DNA of 10,428 nucleotides from a virus (taxonomy: Duplodnaviria; Heunggongvirae; Uroviricota; Caudoviricetes). Positions 1 through 7,433 of the stretch are shown one piece after another; position 1 is the stretch's first letter; every line of letters starts with the position of its first letter. Under the pieces are notes generated by a model. That model ran no database searches. It saw only the letters and a program-made list of their open reading frames with translations, and was not told where the DNA came from. The position numbers and the translations under genes are program-made. The stretch spans positions 1 through 10,428 of IMG/VR virus record IMGVR_UViG_2541047776_000001. One strand, given 5' to 3'.

Positions 1-1436
1 CAGTCCGGGCGGTAAATGCGTGGGGGCAGCAGGGAGATCCGGCGTCGGTATCGTTCCGGATTGCCGCACCGGCAGCACCGTCGAGGATTGAGCTGACGCC
101 GGGCTATTTTCAGATAACCGCCACGCCGCATCTTGCCGTTTATGACCCGACGGTACAGTTTGAGTTCTGGTTCTCGGAAAAGCGGATTACCGATATCAGG
201 CAGGTTGAAACCACAGCCCGCTACCTTGGCACGGGGCTGTACTGGATAGCCGCCAGTATCAATATCAGGCCGGGCTATGATTATTATTTTTACGTTCGCA
301 GTGTGAACACCGTTGGCAAATCGGCATTCGTGGAGGCTGTTGGTCAGCCGAGTGATGATGCATCCGGCTATCTGGATTTTTTCAAAGGCGAGATAGGGAA
401 AACCCATCTGGCTCAGGAGCTGTGGACGCAGATTGATAACGGTCAGCTTGCGCCTGACCTGGCTGAAATCAGGACGTCCATTAAGGATGTCAGCAATGAA
501 ATCACGCAGACCGTCAATAAGAAACTGGAAGACCAGAGTGCGGCAATTCAGCAGATACAGAAGGTTCAGGTTGATACAAATAATAATCTGAACAGCATGT
601 GGGCTGTGAAGCTGCAGCAGATGCAGGACGGACGCCTTTATATTGCGGGTATCGGTGTCGGTATTGAGAACACCCCCGACGGCATGCAGAGTCAGGTGCT
701 GCTGGCGGCAGACAGGATTGCGATGATTAATCCTGCAAATGGCAACACAAAACCGATGTTTGTTGGTCAGGGTGATCAGATATTCATGAATGAAGTGTTC
801 CTGAAATATCTGACGGCTCCCACCATTACTAGCGGCGGTAATCCTCCTGCATTTTCCATGACACCGGACGGAAAGCTGACCGCTAAAAATGCAGATATCA
901 GTGGCAGTGTGAATGCGAACGCCGGGACGCTCAACAACGTTACGATAAATGAGAACTGTCAGATTAAAGGGAAACTGTCAGCCAACCAGATTGAAGGCGA
1001 TATTGTCAAAACAGTGGGTAAGGCTTTCCCGCGGGACTCCCGGGCACCGGAGCGGTGGCCATCAGGGACCATTACCGTCAGGATTTATGACGATCAGCCG
1101 TTTGACCGGCAGATTGTTATTCCGGCGGTGGCATTCAGCGGTGCTAAACATGAGAGAGAGCATACTGATATTTACTCCTCATGCCGCCTGATAGTGAAGA
1201 AAAATGGTGCTGAAATTTATAACCGTACCGCGCTGGATAATACGCTGATTTACAGTGGTGTTATTGATATGCCAGCTGGTCACGGCCACATGACGCTGGA
1301 GTTTTCGGTGTCAGCATGGCTGGTAAATGACTGGTATCCCACAGCAAGTATCAGCGATTTGCTGGTTGTGGTGATGAAGAAAGGTAAGCGTCGTCTCAGC
1401 ACCGTCTGGCAGATCCTGAAATTCCTGAGAGAATAG
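1..1436 (+). CDS. J: Host specificity protein J (tail tip fibre), 5'-partial; frame is open from window start. The last 17 codons (1384-1434) are supplied by the left end of an inserted IS66-family element, then stop TAG at 1434-1436.
   Basis: Translation of frame 3 from position 3 gives ...[39 protein letters not shown]...[21 protein letters not shown]...[15 protein letters not shown]...[11 protein letters not shown]..., which matches the C-terminal region of lambda J as I recall it. The frame continues without stop across the IS boundary at 1383/1384. Confidence 0.9.
   Translation, partial: VRAVNAWGQQGDPASVSFRIAAPAAPSRIELTPGYFQITATPHLAVYDPTVQFEFWFSEKRITDIRQVETTARYLGTGLYWIAASINIRPGYDYYFYVRSVNTVGKSAFVEAVGQPSDDASGYLDFFKGEIGKTHLAQELWTQIDNGQLAPDLAEIRTSIKDVSNEITQTVNKKLEDQSAAIQQIQKVQVDTNNNLNSMWAVKLQQMQDGRLYIAGIGVGIENTPDGMQSQVLLAADRIAMINPANGNTKPMFVGQGDQIFMNEVFLKYLTAPTITSGGNPPAFSMTPDGKLTAKNADISGSVNANAGTLNNVTINENCQIKGKLSANQIEGDIVKTVGKAFPRDSRAPERWPSGTITVRIYDDQPFDRQIVIPAVAFSGAKHEREHTDIYSSCRLIVKKNGAEIYNRTALDNTLIYSGVIDMPAGHGHMTLEFSVSAWLVNDWYPTASISDLLVVVMKKGKRRLSTVWQILKFLRE
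1376..1383. repeat. Left copy of the 8-bp target site duplication GAAGAAAG flanking the IS66-family element
   Basis: Exact 8-mer GAAGAAAG immediately 5' of the IS terminus GTAAGCG at 1384; identical 8-mer at 3838-3845 immediately 3' of the other terminus. 8 bp is the duplication size expected for the IS66 family. Confidence 0.85.
1384..1412. repeat. IS66-family left terminal inverted repeat (imperfect)
   Basis: GTAAGCGTCGTCTCAGCACCGTCTGGCAG aligns with the reverse complement of 3809-3837 (GTAAGCGTGCAGCAAGAACCGTATTGACG): first 8 nt identical, about 18 of 29 matching. Inner boundary is approximate. Confidence 0.6.
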
Positions 1437-1464
1437 TGGACACCAAATATGGTGGACGCTATCC

Positions 1465-1869
1465 ATGAAATCATTAACCGCAGTGCGTAAAAAAAGCCCT
1501 AATTATCCCGTTGAGTTCAAAATCAAAATGGTTGAACTCTCGCATCGACCAGAGATCTCCGTAGCGCAACTCGCTCGTGAGCATGGGATCAACGATAATT
1601 TGCTGTTCAAGTGGCGCCAGTACTGGCGCGAAGGAAAACTACGTCCTCCTTCAACAACAGAAAACAACGTGCCTGAGCTGCTCCCGATAACACTTGATGC
1701 CGAAGATGTTGTCCCTACAACCTCCCCCCGGTCACAACCTGTAGCTACTGCGACACCTGAATCACTCAATATCAGCTGTGAAGTGACGTTCCGGCACGGA
1801 TCACTCCGTCTGAATGGTGCCATCAGTGAAAATATCCTGAACCTGCTGATACGGGAGCTCAAACGTTGA
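1465..1869 (+). CDS. tnpA: IS66-family accessory protein TnpA (orfA), helix-turn-helix
   Basis: 134-aa ORF, first in the IS; contains an HTH-like segment ISVAQLAREHGINDNLLFKWRQ; its stop TGA (1867-1869) overlaps the tnpB start (TTGA). Start could alternatively be the internal ATG near 1531. Confidence 0.8.
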   Translation: MKSLTAVRKKSPNYPVEFKIKMVELSHRPEISVAQLAREHGINDNLLFKWRQYWREGKLRPPSTTENNVPELLPITLDAEDVVPTTSPRSQPVATATPESLNISCEVTFRHGSLRLNGAISENILNLLIRELKR

Positions 1870-2213
1870 TCCCATTACCATCAGGGACAAAGATCTGGCT
1901 GGTCGCTGGCATCACCGATATGAGAAACGGCTTCAACGGCCTGGCGGCAAAGGTGCAGACGACGCTGAAAGACGATCCGATGTCAGGTCACGTTTTTATC
2001 TTCCGTGGGCGTAATGGCAGTCAGGTAAAGCTCCTCTGGTCTACCGGCGATGGACTGTGTCTGCTGACCAAACGGCTGGAGCGCGGCCGCTTCGCCTGGC
2101 CGTCAGCCCGGGATGGCAAAGTGTTCCTCACACCGGCACAGCTGGCGATGCTGCTGGAAGGTATCGACTGGCGGCAGCCTAAAAGACTGCTTACGTCCCT
2201 GACTATGTTGTAA
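1866..2213 (+). CDS. tnpB: IS66-family accessory protein TnpB (orfB)
   Basis: 115-aa ORF with N-terminus MIPLPSGTKIWLVAGITDMRNGFNGLA and ...LLWSTGDGLCLLTKRLERGRFAWP..., matching the conserved IS66 Orf2 pattern as I recall it; TTG start overlapping the tnpA stop. Confidence 0.8.
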   Translation: MIPLPSGTKIWLVAGITDMRNGFNGLAAKVQTTLKDDPMSGHVFIFRGRNGSQVKLLWSTGDGLCLLTKRLERGRFAWPSARDGKVFLTPAQLAMLLEGIDWRQPKRLLTSLTML

Positions 2214-2261
2214 GCCTCTTTATCCTGGTCGACGCTGAATGAGCCTGGTAATATACCCGGT

Positions 2262-3800
2262 ATGAGCAGCTCACTTCCTGACGATATCAATGCACTGAAA
2301 CGTCTCCTTGCCGAACAGGAGGCGCTGAACCGTGCCCTGCAGGAAAAGCTGAACGAGCGTGAACGCGAAATAGACCATCTGCAGGCACAGCTGGATAAGC
2401 TGCGCCGGATGAACTTCGGCAGCCGCTCGGAAAAAGTCTCCCGTCGTATCGCACAGATGGAAGCTGACCTGAAGGCACTTCAGAAAGAAAGTGATACCCT
2501 TACCGGTCGGGTTGACGACCCGGCCGTGCAGCGCCCGCTGCGTCAAACCCGCACCCGCAAACCGTTCCCCGAATCACTCCCCCGCGATGAAAAACGGCTG
2601 CTGCCGGCAGCGTCATGCTGCCCGGAATGTGGAGGCTCGCTGAGCTATCTGGGTGAGGATGCCGCCGAACAGCTGGAGCTGATGCGCAGCGCCTTCCGGG
2701 TTATCCGGACTGTACGTGAAAAGCATGCCTGTACTCAGTGCGATGCCATCGTGCAGGCCCCCGCGCCTTCACGGCCCATCGAGCGGGGTATCGCAGGACC
2801 GGGGCTGCTGGCCCGCGTGCTGATCTCAAAGTATGCAGAGCACACCCCGCTGTACCGCCAGTCTGAAATGTACGGCCGCCAGGGCGTGGAGCTGAGTCGT
2901 TCACTGCTGTCGGGCTGGGTGGATGCATGCTGCCGGCTACTGTCACCGCTGGAAGAAGCGCTTCAGGACTATGTGCTGACTGACGGTAAGCTCCATGCTG
3001 ATGACACGCCTGTCCCGGTGCTGTTGCCAGGCAATAAGAAAACGAAGACCGGGCGGTTATGGACCTACGTTCGTGACGACCGTAACGCCGGGTCAACGCT
3101 GGCGCCGGCGGTGTGGTTCGCTTACAGCCCGGACAGAAAAGGCATCCATCCGCAGACCCATCTTGCGGGGTTCAGTGGTGTACTGCAGGCGGATGCATAC
3201 GCCGGGTTCAACGAGCTGTACCGGGATGGCCGGATAACGGAAGCCGCCTGTTGGGCTCACGCCCGCCGTAAAATCCACGATGTGCACGTTCGCACCCCGT
3301 CAGCCCTGACGGAGGAAGCGCTGAAACGGATCGGCGAACTGTACGCCATCGAGGCAGAGATAAGGGGAATGACGGCGGAGCAGCGCCTTGCCGAACGTCA
3401 GTTGAAAACGAAACCGCTGCTGAAATCCCTGGAAAGCTGGCTGCGTGAAAAGATGAAAACCCTGTCGCGACACTCAGAACTGGCGAAAGCGTTCGCATAC
3501 GCCCTGAACCAGTGGCCGGCGCTGACGTACTATGCAGATGATGGCTGGGCTGAGGCGGACAATAACATCGCTGAAAATGCGTTGCGGATGGTCAGTCTGG
3601 GCCGCAAAAACTACCTGTTCTTCGGTTCGGATCATGGAGGAGAGCGGGGAGCGCTGCTGTACAGCCTGATCGGGACGTGCAAACTGAACGGAGTGGAGCC
3701 AGAAAGCTACCTCCGCTATGTCCTTGACGTCATAGCCGACTGGCCGATAAACCGGGTCGGCGAACTGCTCCCCTGGCGCGTAGCACTGCCGACTGAATAA
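2262..3800 (+). CDS. tnpC: IS66-family transposase TnpC (orfC)
   Basis: 512-aa ORF; N-terminal leucine-rich coiled-coil ([36 protein letters not shown]); Cys pairs CPECGG...CTQCD typical of the IS66 transposase zinc-binding region; last ORF before the right inverted repeat. Confidence 0.9.
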   Translation: MSSSLPDDINALKRLLAEQEALNRALQEKLNEREREIDHLQAQLDKLRRMNFGSRSEKVSRRIAQMEADLKALQKESDTLTGRVDDPAVQRPLRQTRTRKPFPESLPRDEKRLLPAASCCPECGGSLSYLGEDAAEQLELMRSAFRVIRTVREKHACTQCDAIVQAPAPSRPIERGIAGPGLLARVLISKYAEHTPLYRQSEMYGRQGVELSRSLLSGWVDACCRLLSPLEEALQDYVLTDGKLHADDTPVPVLLPGNKKTKTGRLWTYVRDDRNAGSTLAPAVWFAYSPDRKGIHPQTHLAGFSGVLQADAYAGFNELYRDGRITEAACWAHARRKIHDVHVRTPSALTEEALKRIGELYAIEAEIRGMTAEQRLAERQLKTKPLLKSLESWLREKMKTLSRHSELAKAFAYALNQWPALTYYADDGWAEADNNIAENALRMVSLGRKNYLFFGSDHGGERGALLYSLIGTCKLNGVEPESYLRYVLDVIADWPINRVGELLPWRVALPTE

Positions 3801-3808
3801 CACATCCC

Positions 3809-3837
3809 CGTCAATACGGTTCTTGCTGCACGCTTAC
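3809..3837. repeat. IS66-family right terminal inverted repeat (imperfect)
   Basis: Ends ...GCACGCTTAC at 3837; reverse complement begins GTAAGCGT, matching the left terminus. Confidence 0.6.
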
Positions 3838-3845
3838 GAAGAAAG
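3838..3845. repeat. Right copy of the 8-bp target site duplication GAAGAAAG
   Basis: Exact repeat of 1376-1383, directly abutting the IS right terminus. Confidence 0.85.
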
Positions 3846-3871
3846 CCACCGCAGGCATCAGTATCAGCTGA
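3846..3871 (+). other. J: Displaced native 3' end of J: after the duplicated GAAGAAAG the original frame reads A-T-A-G-I-S-I-S-stop (TGA 3869-3871)
   Basis: Conceptually removing the IS and one duplication copy restores ...VVVMKKATAGISIS*, comparable to the lambda J C-terminus ...VMVIKKQALGISVV* as I recall it. Confidence 0.8.
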
Positions 3872-3888
3872 ATTTTATAACCCATATA

Positions 3889-3914
3889 CGGGCGCCAGAA
3901 ATGGCGCCTTTTTT
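3889..3914 (+). terminator. Rho-independent terminator downstream of the native J stop
   Basis: GC-rich inverted repeat GGCGCC(3891-3896)...GGCGCC(3903-3908) followed directly by TTTTTT (3909-3914). Confidence 0.65.
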
Positions 3915-3938
3915 ATTGCAGAAAAGCGAGAGGTAATT

Positions 3939-4538
3939 ATGCGTAAAGTTTGTGCAGCCATTTTGTCCGCAGCCATCTGTCTGGCCGTATCCGGTGCGCC
4001 TGCATGGGCGTCTGAGCAGCAGGCCACACTGAGCGCAGGGTATCTTCATGCCCGTACGAACGCTCCCGGCAGCGAAAATCTGAACGGGATTAACGTGAAA
4101 TACCGTTATGAGTTTACGGACACGCTGGGGCTGATTACGTCATTCAGTTATGCCAACGCTGAAGATGAGCAAAAAACGCATTACAGCGATACCCGCTGGC
4201 ATGAGGATTCCGTGCGTAATCGCTGGTTCAGCGTGATGGCGGGGCCGTCTGTGCGCGTGAATGAATGGTTCAGCGCGTATGCGATGGCGGGTATGGCTTA
4301 CAGCCGTGTGTCGACTTTCTCCGGGGATTATCTCCGCGTAACTGACAACAAGGGGAAAACGCACGACGTGCTGACCGGAAGTGATGACGGTCGCCACAGC
4401 AACACGTCTCTGGCGTGGGGAGCTGGCGTGCAGTTTAACCCGACCGAATCCGTGGCCATTGATATTGCTTATGAAGGCTCCGGCAGTGGCGACTGGCGCA
4501 CTGACGGTTTCATCGTGGGTGTCGGTTATAAGTTCTGA
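3939..4538 (+). CDS. lom: Lom outer-membrane protein (Ail/Lom/PagC-family 8-strand beta-barrel)
   Basis: 199-aa ORF with signal peptide MRKVCAAILSAAICLAVSGAPAWA and C-terminus ...AYEGSGSGDWRTDGFIVGVGYKF, matching lambda Lom as I recall it; SD GAGAGG 6 nt upstream of the ATG; lies between J and stf as in lambda. Confidence 0.92.
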   Translation: MRKVCAAILSAAICLAVSGAPAWASEQQATLSAGYLHARTNAPGSENLNGINVKYRYEFTDTLGLITSFSYANAEDEQKTHYSDTRWHEDSVRNRWFSVMAGPSVRVNEWFSAYAMAGMAYSRVSTFSGDYLRVTDNKGKTHDVLTGSDDGRHSNTSLAWGAGVQFNPTESVAIDIAYEGSGSGDWRTDGFIVGVGYKF

Positions 4539-4564
4539 TTAGCCAGGTAACACAGTGTTATGAC

Positions 4565-4591
4565 AGCCCGCCGGTTCAGGCGGGCTTTTTT
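4565..4591 (+). terminator. Rho-independent terminator after lom
   Basis: Stem AGCCCGCC (4565-4572) / GGCGGGCT (4579-4586), loop GGTTCA, followed by a T-run at 4587-4591. Confidence 0.7.
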
Positions 4592-4602
4592 GTGGGGTGA
4601 AT

Positions 4603-6663
4603 ATGGCAGTAAAGATTTCAGGTGTACTGAAAGACGGCACAGGAAAACCGGTACAGAACTGCACAATCCAGCTGAAAGCAAAACGTAACAGCACCACGGT
4701 GGTGGTGAACACGCTGGCCTCAGAAAATCCGGATGAAGCCGGGCGTTACAGCATGGACGTTGAGTACGGTCAGTACAGCGTTATTCTGTTGGTGGAAGGA
4801 TTCCCGCCGTCACATGCCGGGACCATCACCGTGTATGAAGATTCTCAACCCGGTACGCTGAATGATTTTCTCGGTGCCATGACGGAGGATGATGCCCGTC
4901 CGGAGGCACTGCGCCGTTTTGAGCTGATGGTGAATGAAGTGGCACGTCATGCCGGAGCGTCATCACAGAGTGCAGCGGCGGCAAAGAAATCCGAAACGGC
5001 AGCAGCCTCATCGAAGAATGCAGCGAAAACCTCAGAAACGAATGCAGCTAACAGCGCACAGGCGGCAGCGGCCTCGCAGACTGCATCGGCAAACTCCGCG
5101 ACAGCAGCCAAAAAATCAGAAACCAGCGCGAAAAATAGCGAGACAGCCACAAAGGCCAGCGAAAAAAACGCAAAATCCAGCCAGACGGCAGCGAAAACCA
5201 GTGAGACGAATGCCAAAGACAGTGAAGCCAACGCAAAGGTGAGCGAAACAGCGGCGGCGAACTCGGCGAAAGCATCGGCAGCAAGCCAGACGGCAGCAAA
5301 AGCAAGTGAAGATGCTGCCAGAGAATACGCAAACCAGACAGCAGAGCCGTACAGATATGTTTTACAGCCGCTGCCGGATGTGTGGATACCCTTTAATGAT
5401 TCGCTGGATATGATTACGGGCTATTCTCCGGGTTATAAAAAAGTGAAGATTGGTGATAATGTGGTTCAGGTTGCCAGTGATAAACAGGTTAATTTCAGTC
5501 GCGCATCAACGGCAACATATATCAACAAATCTGGCGAACTGAAAACGGCGGAAATTAATGAGCCACGATTTGAAAAAGAAGGTTTATTGATTGAAGGTCA
5601 GCGAACCAACTACATGTTGAATTCAGCAACTCCAGCTTCTTGGGGTAAATCTGCAAATATGAATGTCGCTGAGGTTGGAACTGATAGTTTTGGTTTTACT
5701 TATGGAAAGTTTGTTTGTAATGAATCATTAATTGGGCAAAGTACAACCCTTAATATGGCAGTAGTTTCAACCTCGGGGGCTGTCGATGTATCAGGCGATA
5801 ATAAGTGTGTGACGACATCGTGCAGATTTAAAACGGATTTGGAACTCCTGTTAAGGATCAGGTTTGAAGCCTTCGATGGCAGCGCTTCATCTAATCTTGG
5901 ATATGCCATTGTTAATACGCGGTCTTTATTGGTTGAAATCACCGGTGTAGCTGCCGACAGGCTCACCGCACGAGTTAACAAAGATGAAGCTACGGGCTGG
6001 ATTTTTGTAGAGGCAACGATTCAAGCAAGTAAAGAAACTTACATAACCTCTGCAATACAATACGCACCAAAAAAAGGTGGTGTCGTTGAATCTGGTGACT
6101 ATATTTATCTGGCCACCCCTCAGGTTGAGGATGGTTCGTGTGTATCATCTTTTATTATATCAGGAACGACGGCGGCGACGCGCGCAAGCGATATGGTTAC
6201 AGTTCCGATTAAGAATAATCTTTATAATCTTCCTTTTACGGTTCTTTGTGAGGTACATAAGAACTGGTATAAAACGCCAAATGCAGCGCCACGTGTTTTT
6301 GATACCGGCGGTCATCAAACCGGAGCGGCTATTATTCTTGGCTTCGGATCTTCGGCAGATGGGCCAGACGGATTTCCTTATTGCGATATTGGTGGATCAA
6401 ATAGGCGTGTTAACGAAAACGCATCGTTGAAAAAAATGGTTATGGGGATGCGTGTAAAGTCAGATCAGTCTACATGTGCAGTAAGTAACGGGCGTATATC
6501 CAGCGAAACAAAAACCACATGGGAATATATCCGGAGTACAGCAACCATTCGCATTGGTGGACAAACTACAGCAGGATTACGCCATTTATTTGGGCATGTG
6601 AGGAATTTTCGTCTCTGGCATAAAGAGCTAACAGATGCGCAGCTTGGGGAGGTTGTGGAGTGA
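4603..6663 (+). CDS. stf: Side tail fibre protein Stf, mosaic: lambda-like N-terminal domain, Ala-rich repeat shaft, divergent AT-rich C-terminal distal domain
   Basis: N-terminus MAVKISGVLKDGTGKPVQNCTIQLKAKRNSTTVVVNTLASENPDEAGRYSMDVEYGQYSV matches lambda Stf as I recall it. The ORF track starts at GTG 4597, but ATG 4603 with GGGG just upstream is the likelier start. Stop TGA 6661-6663. Confidence 0.85.
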   Translation: MAVKISGVLKDGTGKPVQNCTIQLKAKRNSTTVVVNTLASENPDEAGRYSMDVEYGQYSVILLVEGFPPSHAGTITVYEDSQPGTLNDFLGAMTEDDARPEALRRFELMVNEVARHAGASSQSAAAAKKSETAAASSKNAAKTSETNAANSAQAAAASQTASANSATAAKKSETSAKNSETATKASEKNAKSSQTAAKTSETNAKDSEANAKVSETAAANSAKASAASQTAAKASEDAAREYANQTAEPYRYVLQPLPDVWIPFNDSLDMITGYSPGYKKVKIGDNVVQVASDKQVNFSRASTATYINKSGELKTAEINEPRFEKEGLLIEGQRTNYMLNSATPASWGKSANMNVAEVGTDSFGFTYGKFVCNESLIGQSTTLNMAVVSTSGAVDVSGDNKCVTTSCRFKTDLELLLRIRFEAFDGSASSNLGYAIVNTRSLLVEITGVAADRLTARVNKDEATGWIFVEATIQASKETYITSAIQYAPKKGGVVESGDYIYLATPQVEDGSCVSSFIISGTTAATRASDMVTVPIKNNLYNLPFTVLCEVHKNWYKTPNAAPRVFDTGGHQTGAAIILGFGSSADGPDGFPYCDIGGSNRRVNENASLKKMVMGMRVKSDQSTCAVSNGRISSETKTTWEYIRSTATIRIGGQTTAGLRHLFGHVRNFRLWHKELTDAQLGEVVE
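4954..5335 (+). repeat. In-frame low-complexity tandem repeat region inside stf, encoding imperfect A/K/S/T-rich units (AAKKSET..., AAKTSETNA..., AKNSETA...)
   Basis: Visible periodic reuse of GCGAAAA / TCAGAAAC / GCAGCGGC-type motifs in the DNA; the protein segment is almost entirely A, K, S, T, E, N, Q. Confidence 0.7.
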
Positions 6664-6938
6664 GAGATTTCACGTTGCGTTTCAGTGATAAAGCAGATTT
6701 CAGGGCATTTCTCAGGAAACTTAACTGGGAAGAGGACGAAGAGCTGCAGAATGCCGTTCTGGTTGATGAGATTGGTTTTACGTTCAGGGAGACAGATGTT
6801 TCTGATGACGGAGAACCAGAATACACGCGAAACGAAGGGTACTTTGTTAATATCCGTCTTCTTGACGATGGATTTGATGATTCCGTGTTCCGTGAGTGGG
6901 TGGTTACACCAGAGCGCCCGCTCAGGGAGTGGTTTTAA
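6660..6938 (+). CDS. Hypothetical acidic 92-aa protein, translationally coupled to stf; candidate non-canonical tail fibre chaperone/accessory protein
   Basis: GTG start overlaps the stf stop (GAGTGA, 4-nt overlap); strong SD GGGGAGG (6646-6652) 7 nt upstream; protein is D/E-rich and has no similarity to lambda Tfa that I can see. Confidence 0.55.
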   Translation: MRDFTLRFSDKADFRAFLRKLNWEEDEELQNAVLVDEIGFTFRETDVSDDGEPEYTRNEGYFVNIRLLDDGFDDSVFREWVVTPERPLREWF

Positions 6939-6947
6939 GGATAGCAG

Positions 6948-7241
6948 ATGGATATCACGTCGATACTTCATGCGCTTTGTGCCGTGGCGGTGCAGGTACT
7001 GGCTGGTCTTTTTACCGGAAACTGGGCTTACGGGGCGATAGCCGGTTGTACGTTCTTCATTGCGCGTGAACACACCCAGGCAGAATATCGCTGGATTGAA
7101 ATGTTCGGGCATGGCAAGCGGATTAACATGCCGTGGTGGGGCGGTTTTGATCCACGTGCATGGGATGTGGCAAGCCTGATGGATTTTGCTGTGCCGGTGG
7201 TGGCGTGTCTGCTGGTCTGGCTGTTGGTTAATCGTGGGTGA
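6948..7241 (+). CDS. Hypothetical 97-aa small membrane protein (predicted 2-3 transmembrane helices)
   Basis: ATG with SD AAGGA (6937-6941) at 6-nt spacing; hydrophobic stretches ITSILHALCAVAVQVLAGLF, WAYGAIAGCTFFIA and VASLMDFAVPVVACLLVWLLV separated by a charged, Trp-rich loop. Confidence 0.5.
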   Translation: MDITSILHALCAVAVQVLAGLFTGNWAYGAIAGCTFFIAREHTQAEYRWIEMFGHGKRINMPWWGGFDPRAWDVASLMDFAVPVVACLLVWLLVNRG

Positions 7242-7250
7242 AAAAGGTGA

Positions 7251-7379
7251 GCAGTATATGCAACGAAGGAGGAAACATCATTGCTGGCGGCATGGAAGGC
7301 ATGCAGGGTGTTGCTGAACCGTGTTGATACATCAACTGCACCTGATATTGAGTGGCCTACGAACCCTGTCAGGGAGTAA
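7251..7379 (+). pseudogene. tfa: Tail fibre assembly protein (Tfa) C-terminal fragment, lacking an N-terminal region and start codon
   Basis: Frame translates to ...[39 protein letters not shown], matching the C-terminal ~40 residues of lambda Tfa as I recall it (...[39 protein letters not shown]). A stop lies immediately upstream at 7248-7250. Confidence 0.75.
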
Positions 7380-7393
7380 TCATTGGGATTATG

Positions 7394-7426
7394 CCGCAGC
7401 ACGTCTTAAGCAAGAACGTGCTGCGG
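7394..7426. terminator. 10-bp perfect inverted repeat (CCGCAGCACG / CGTGCTGCGG) between the tfa fragment and the convergent methyltransferase gene; possible bidirectional terminator
   Basis: Stem 7394-7403 / 7417-7426 with 13-nt loop; T-run TATTTTTT follows on the + strand a few nt later; lies 8 nt beyond the minus-strand methyltransferase stop. Confidence 0.4.
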
Positions 7427-7433
7427 TTGGATG

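Larger units (their letters stand above)
1384..3837 (+). mobile_element. Complete IS66-family insertion sequence (2454 bp) with tnpA, tnpB and tnpC, imperfect terminal inverted repeats and 8-bp target duplication
   Basis: Termini 5'-GTAAGCGT... at 1384 and ...ACGCTTAC-3' at 3830-3837 are inverted copies. Three ORFs in the canonical IS66 order and sizes (134, 115, 512 aa). Flanking direct repeats GAAGAAAG. G+C is visibly higher than the surrounding phage DNA. Confidence 0.9.

Noticed and set aside
949..1474. ORFs 949-1191 (+) and 1280-1474 (-) overlapping J
   Set aside because: Alternate-frame or antisense overlaps of the confidently identified J coding frame; no ribosome-binding sites or motifs.
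1503..3803. Numerous minus-strand and alternate-frame ORFs inside the IS66 element (1503-1862 -, 2021-2290 -, 2271-2546 -, 2287-2478 -, 2701-3096 -, 2995-3237 +, 3093-3287 -, 3208-3498 -, 3474-3803 -)
   Set aside because: All are embedded in or antisense to the well-supported tnpA/tnpB/tnpC genes. The G+C-rich IS DNA leaves long open frames by chance, and the translations are Arg/Pro/Ser-rich with no recognisable motifs.
3864..4397. Minus-strand ORFs 3864-4049 and 4140-4397 overlapping lom
   Set aside because: Antisense to lom, whose frame is supported by homology; no independent support.
4597..4602. GTG at 4597 as the stf start (as in the ORF track)
   Set aside because: The GTG lies within the GGGGTG Shine-Dalgarno-like sequence itself. 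ATG 4603 gives the lambda-like N-terminus MAVKISG with proper SD spacing, so the CDS is called from 4603.
4826..5332. ORFs in the stf repeat region (4826-5011 -, 4934-5242 +, 4947-5231 -, 5048-5332 -), and the possibility that the repeats are a CRISPR or other non-coding array
   Set aside because: The repeats are in-frame coding repeats of Stf continuous with the lambda-like N-terminus. Units are imperfect with no unique spacers, so this is not a CRISPR array. The other frames are artefacts of the low-complexity sequence.
5700..6430. ORFs 5700-5981 (-) and 6077-6430 (+) inside stf
   Set aside because: Internal to the stf reading frame in antisense or alternate frame; products look like random low-complexity sequence.
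6465..7112. 215-aa minus-strand ORF antisense to the stf 3' end and both small downstream ORFs (plus 6566-6826 - and 6685-7041 +)
   Set aside because: Despite its length the translation is Arg/Cys/Pro-rich without motifs or a convincing start context, and it fully overlaps sense-strand genes that have SDs and translational coupling; judged an antisense artefact.
6660..7379. Hypothesis that ORF 6660-6938, ORF 6948-7241 and the tfa fragment are one decayed gene, since all three lie in the same frame separated by four stops
   Set aside because: Sharing a frame has about a 1 in 9 chance expectation. Each small ORF has its own SD and start, the first is coupled to stf, and neither resembles the N-terminal part of Tfa; kept as separate features.
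7028..7402. 124-aa minus-strand ORF antisense to the small membrane-protein ORF and tfa fragment
   Set aside because: Overlaps the tfa fragment whose frame is supported by homology; composition is Ser/His/Thr-rich with no recognisable features.
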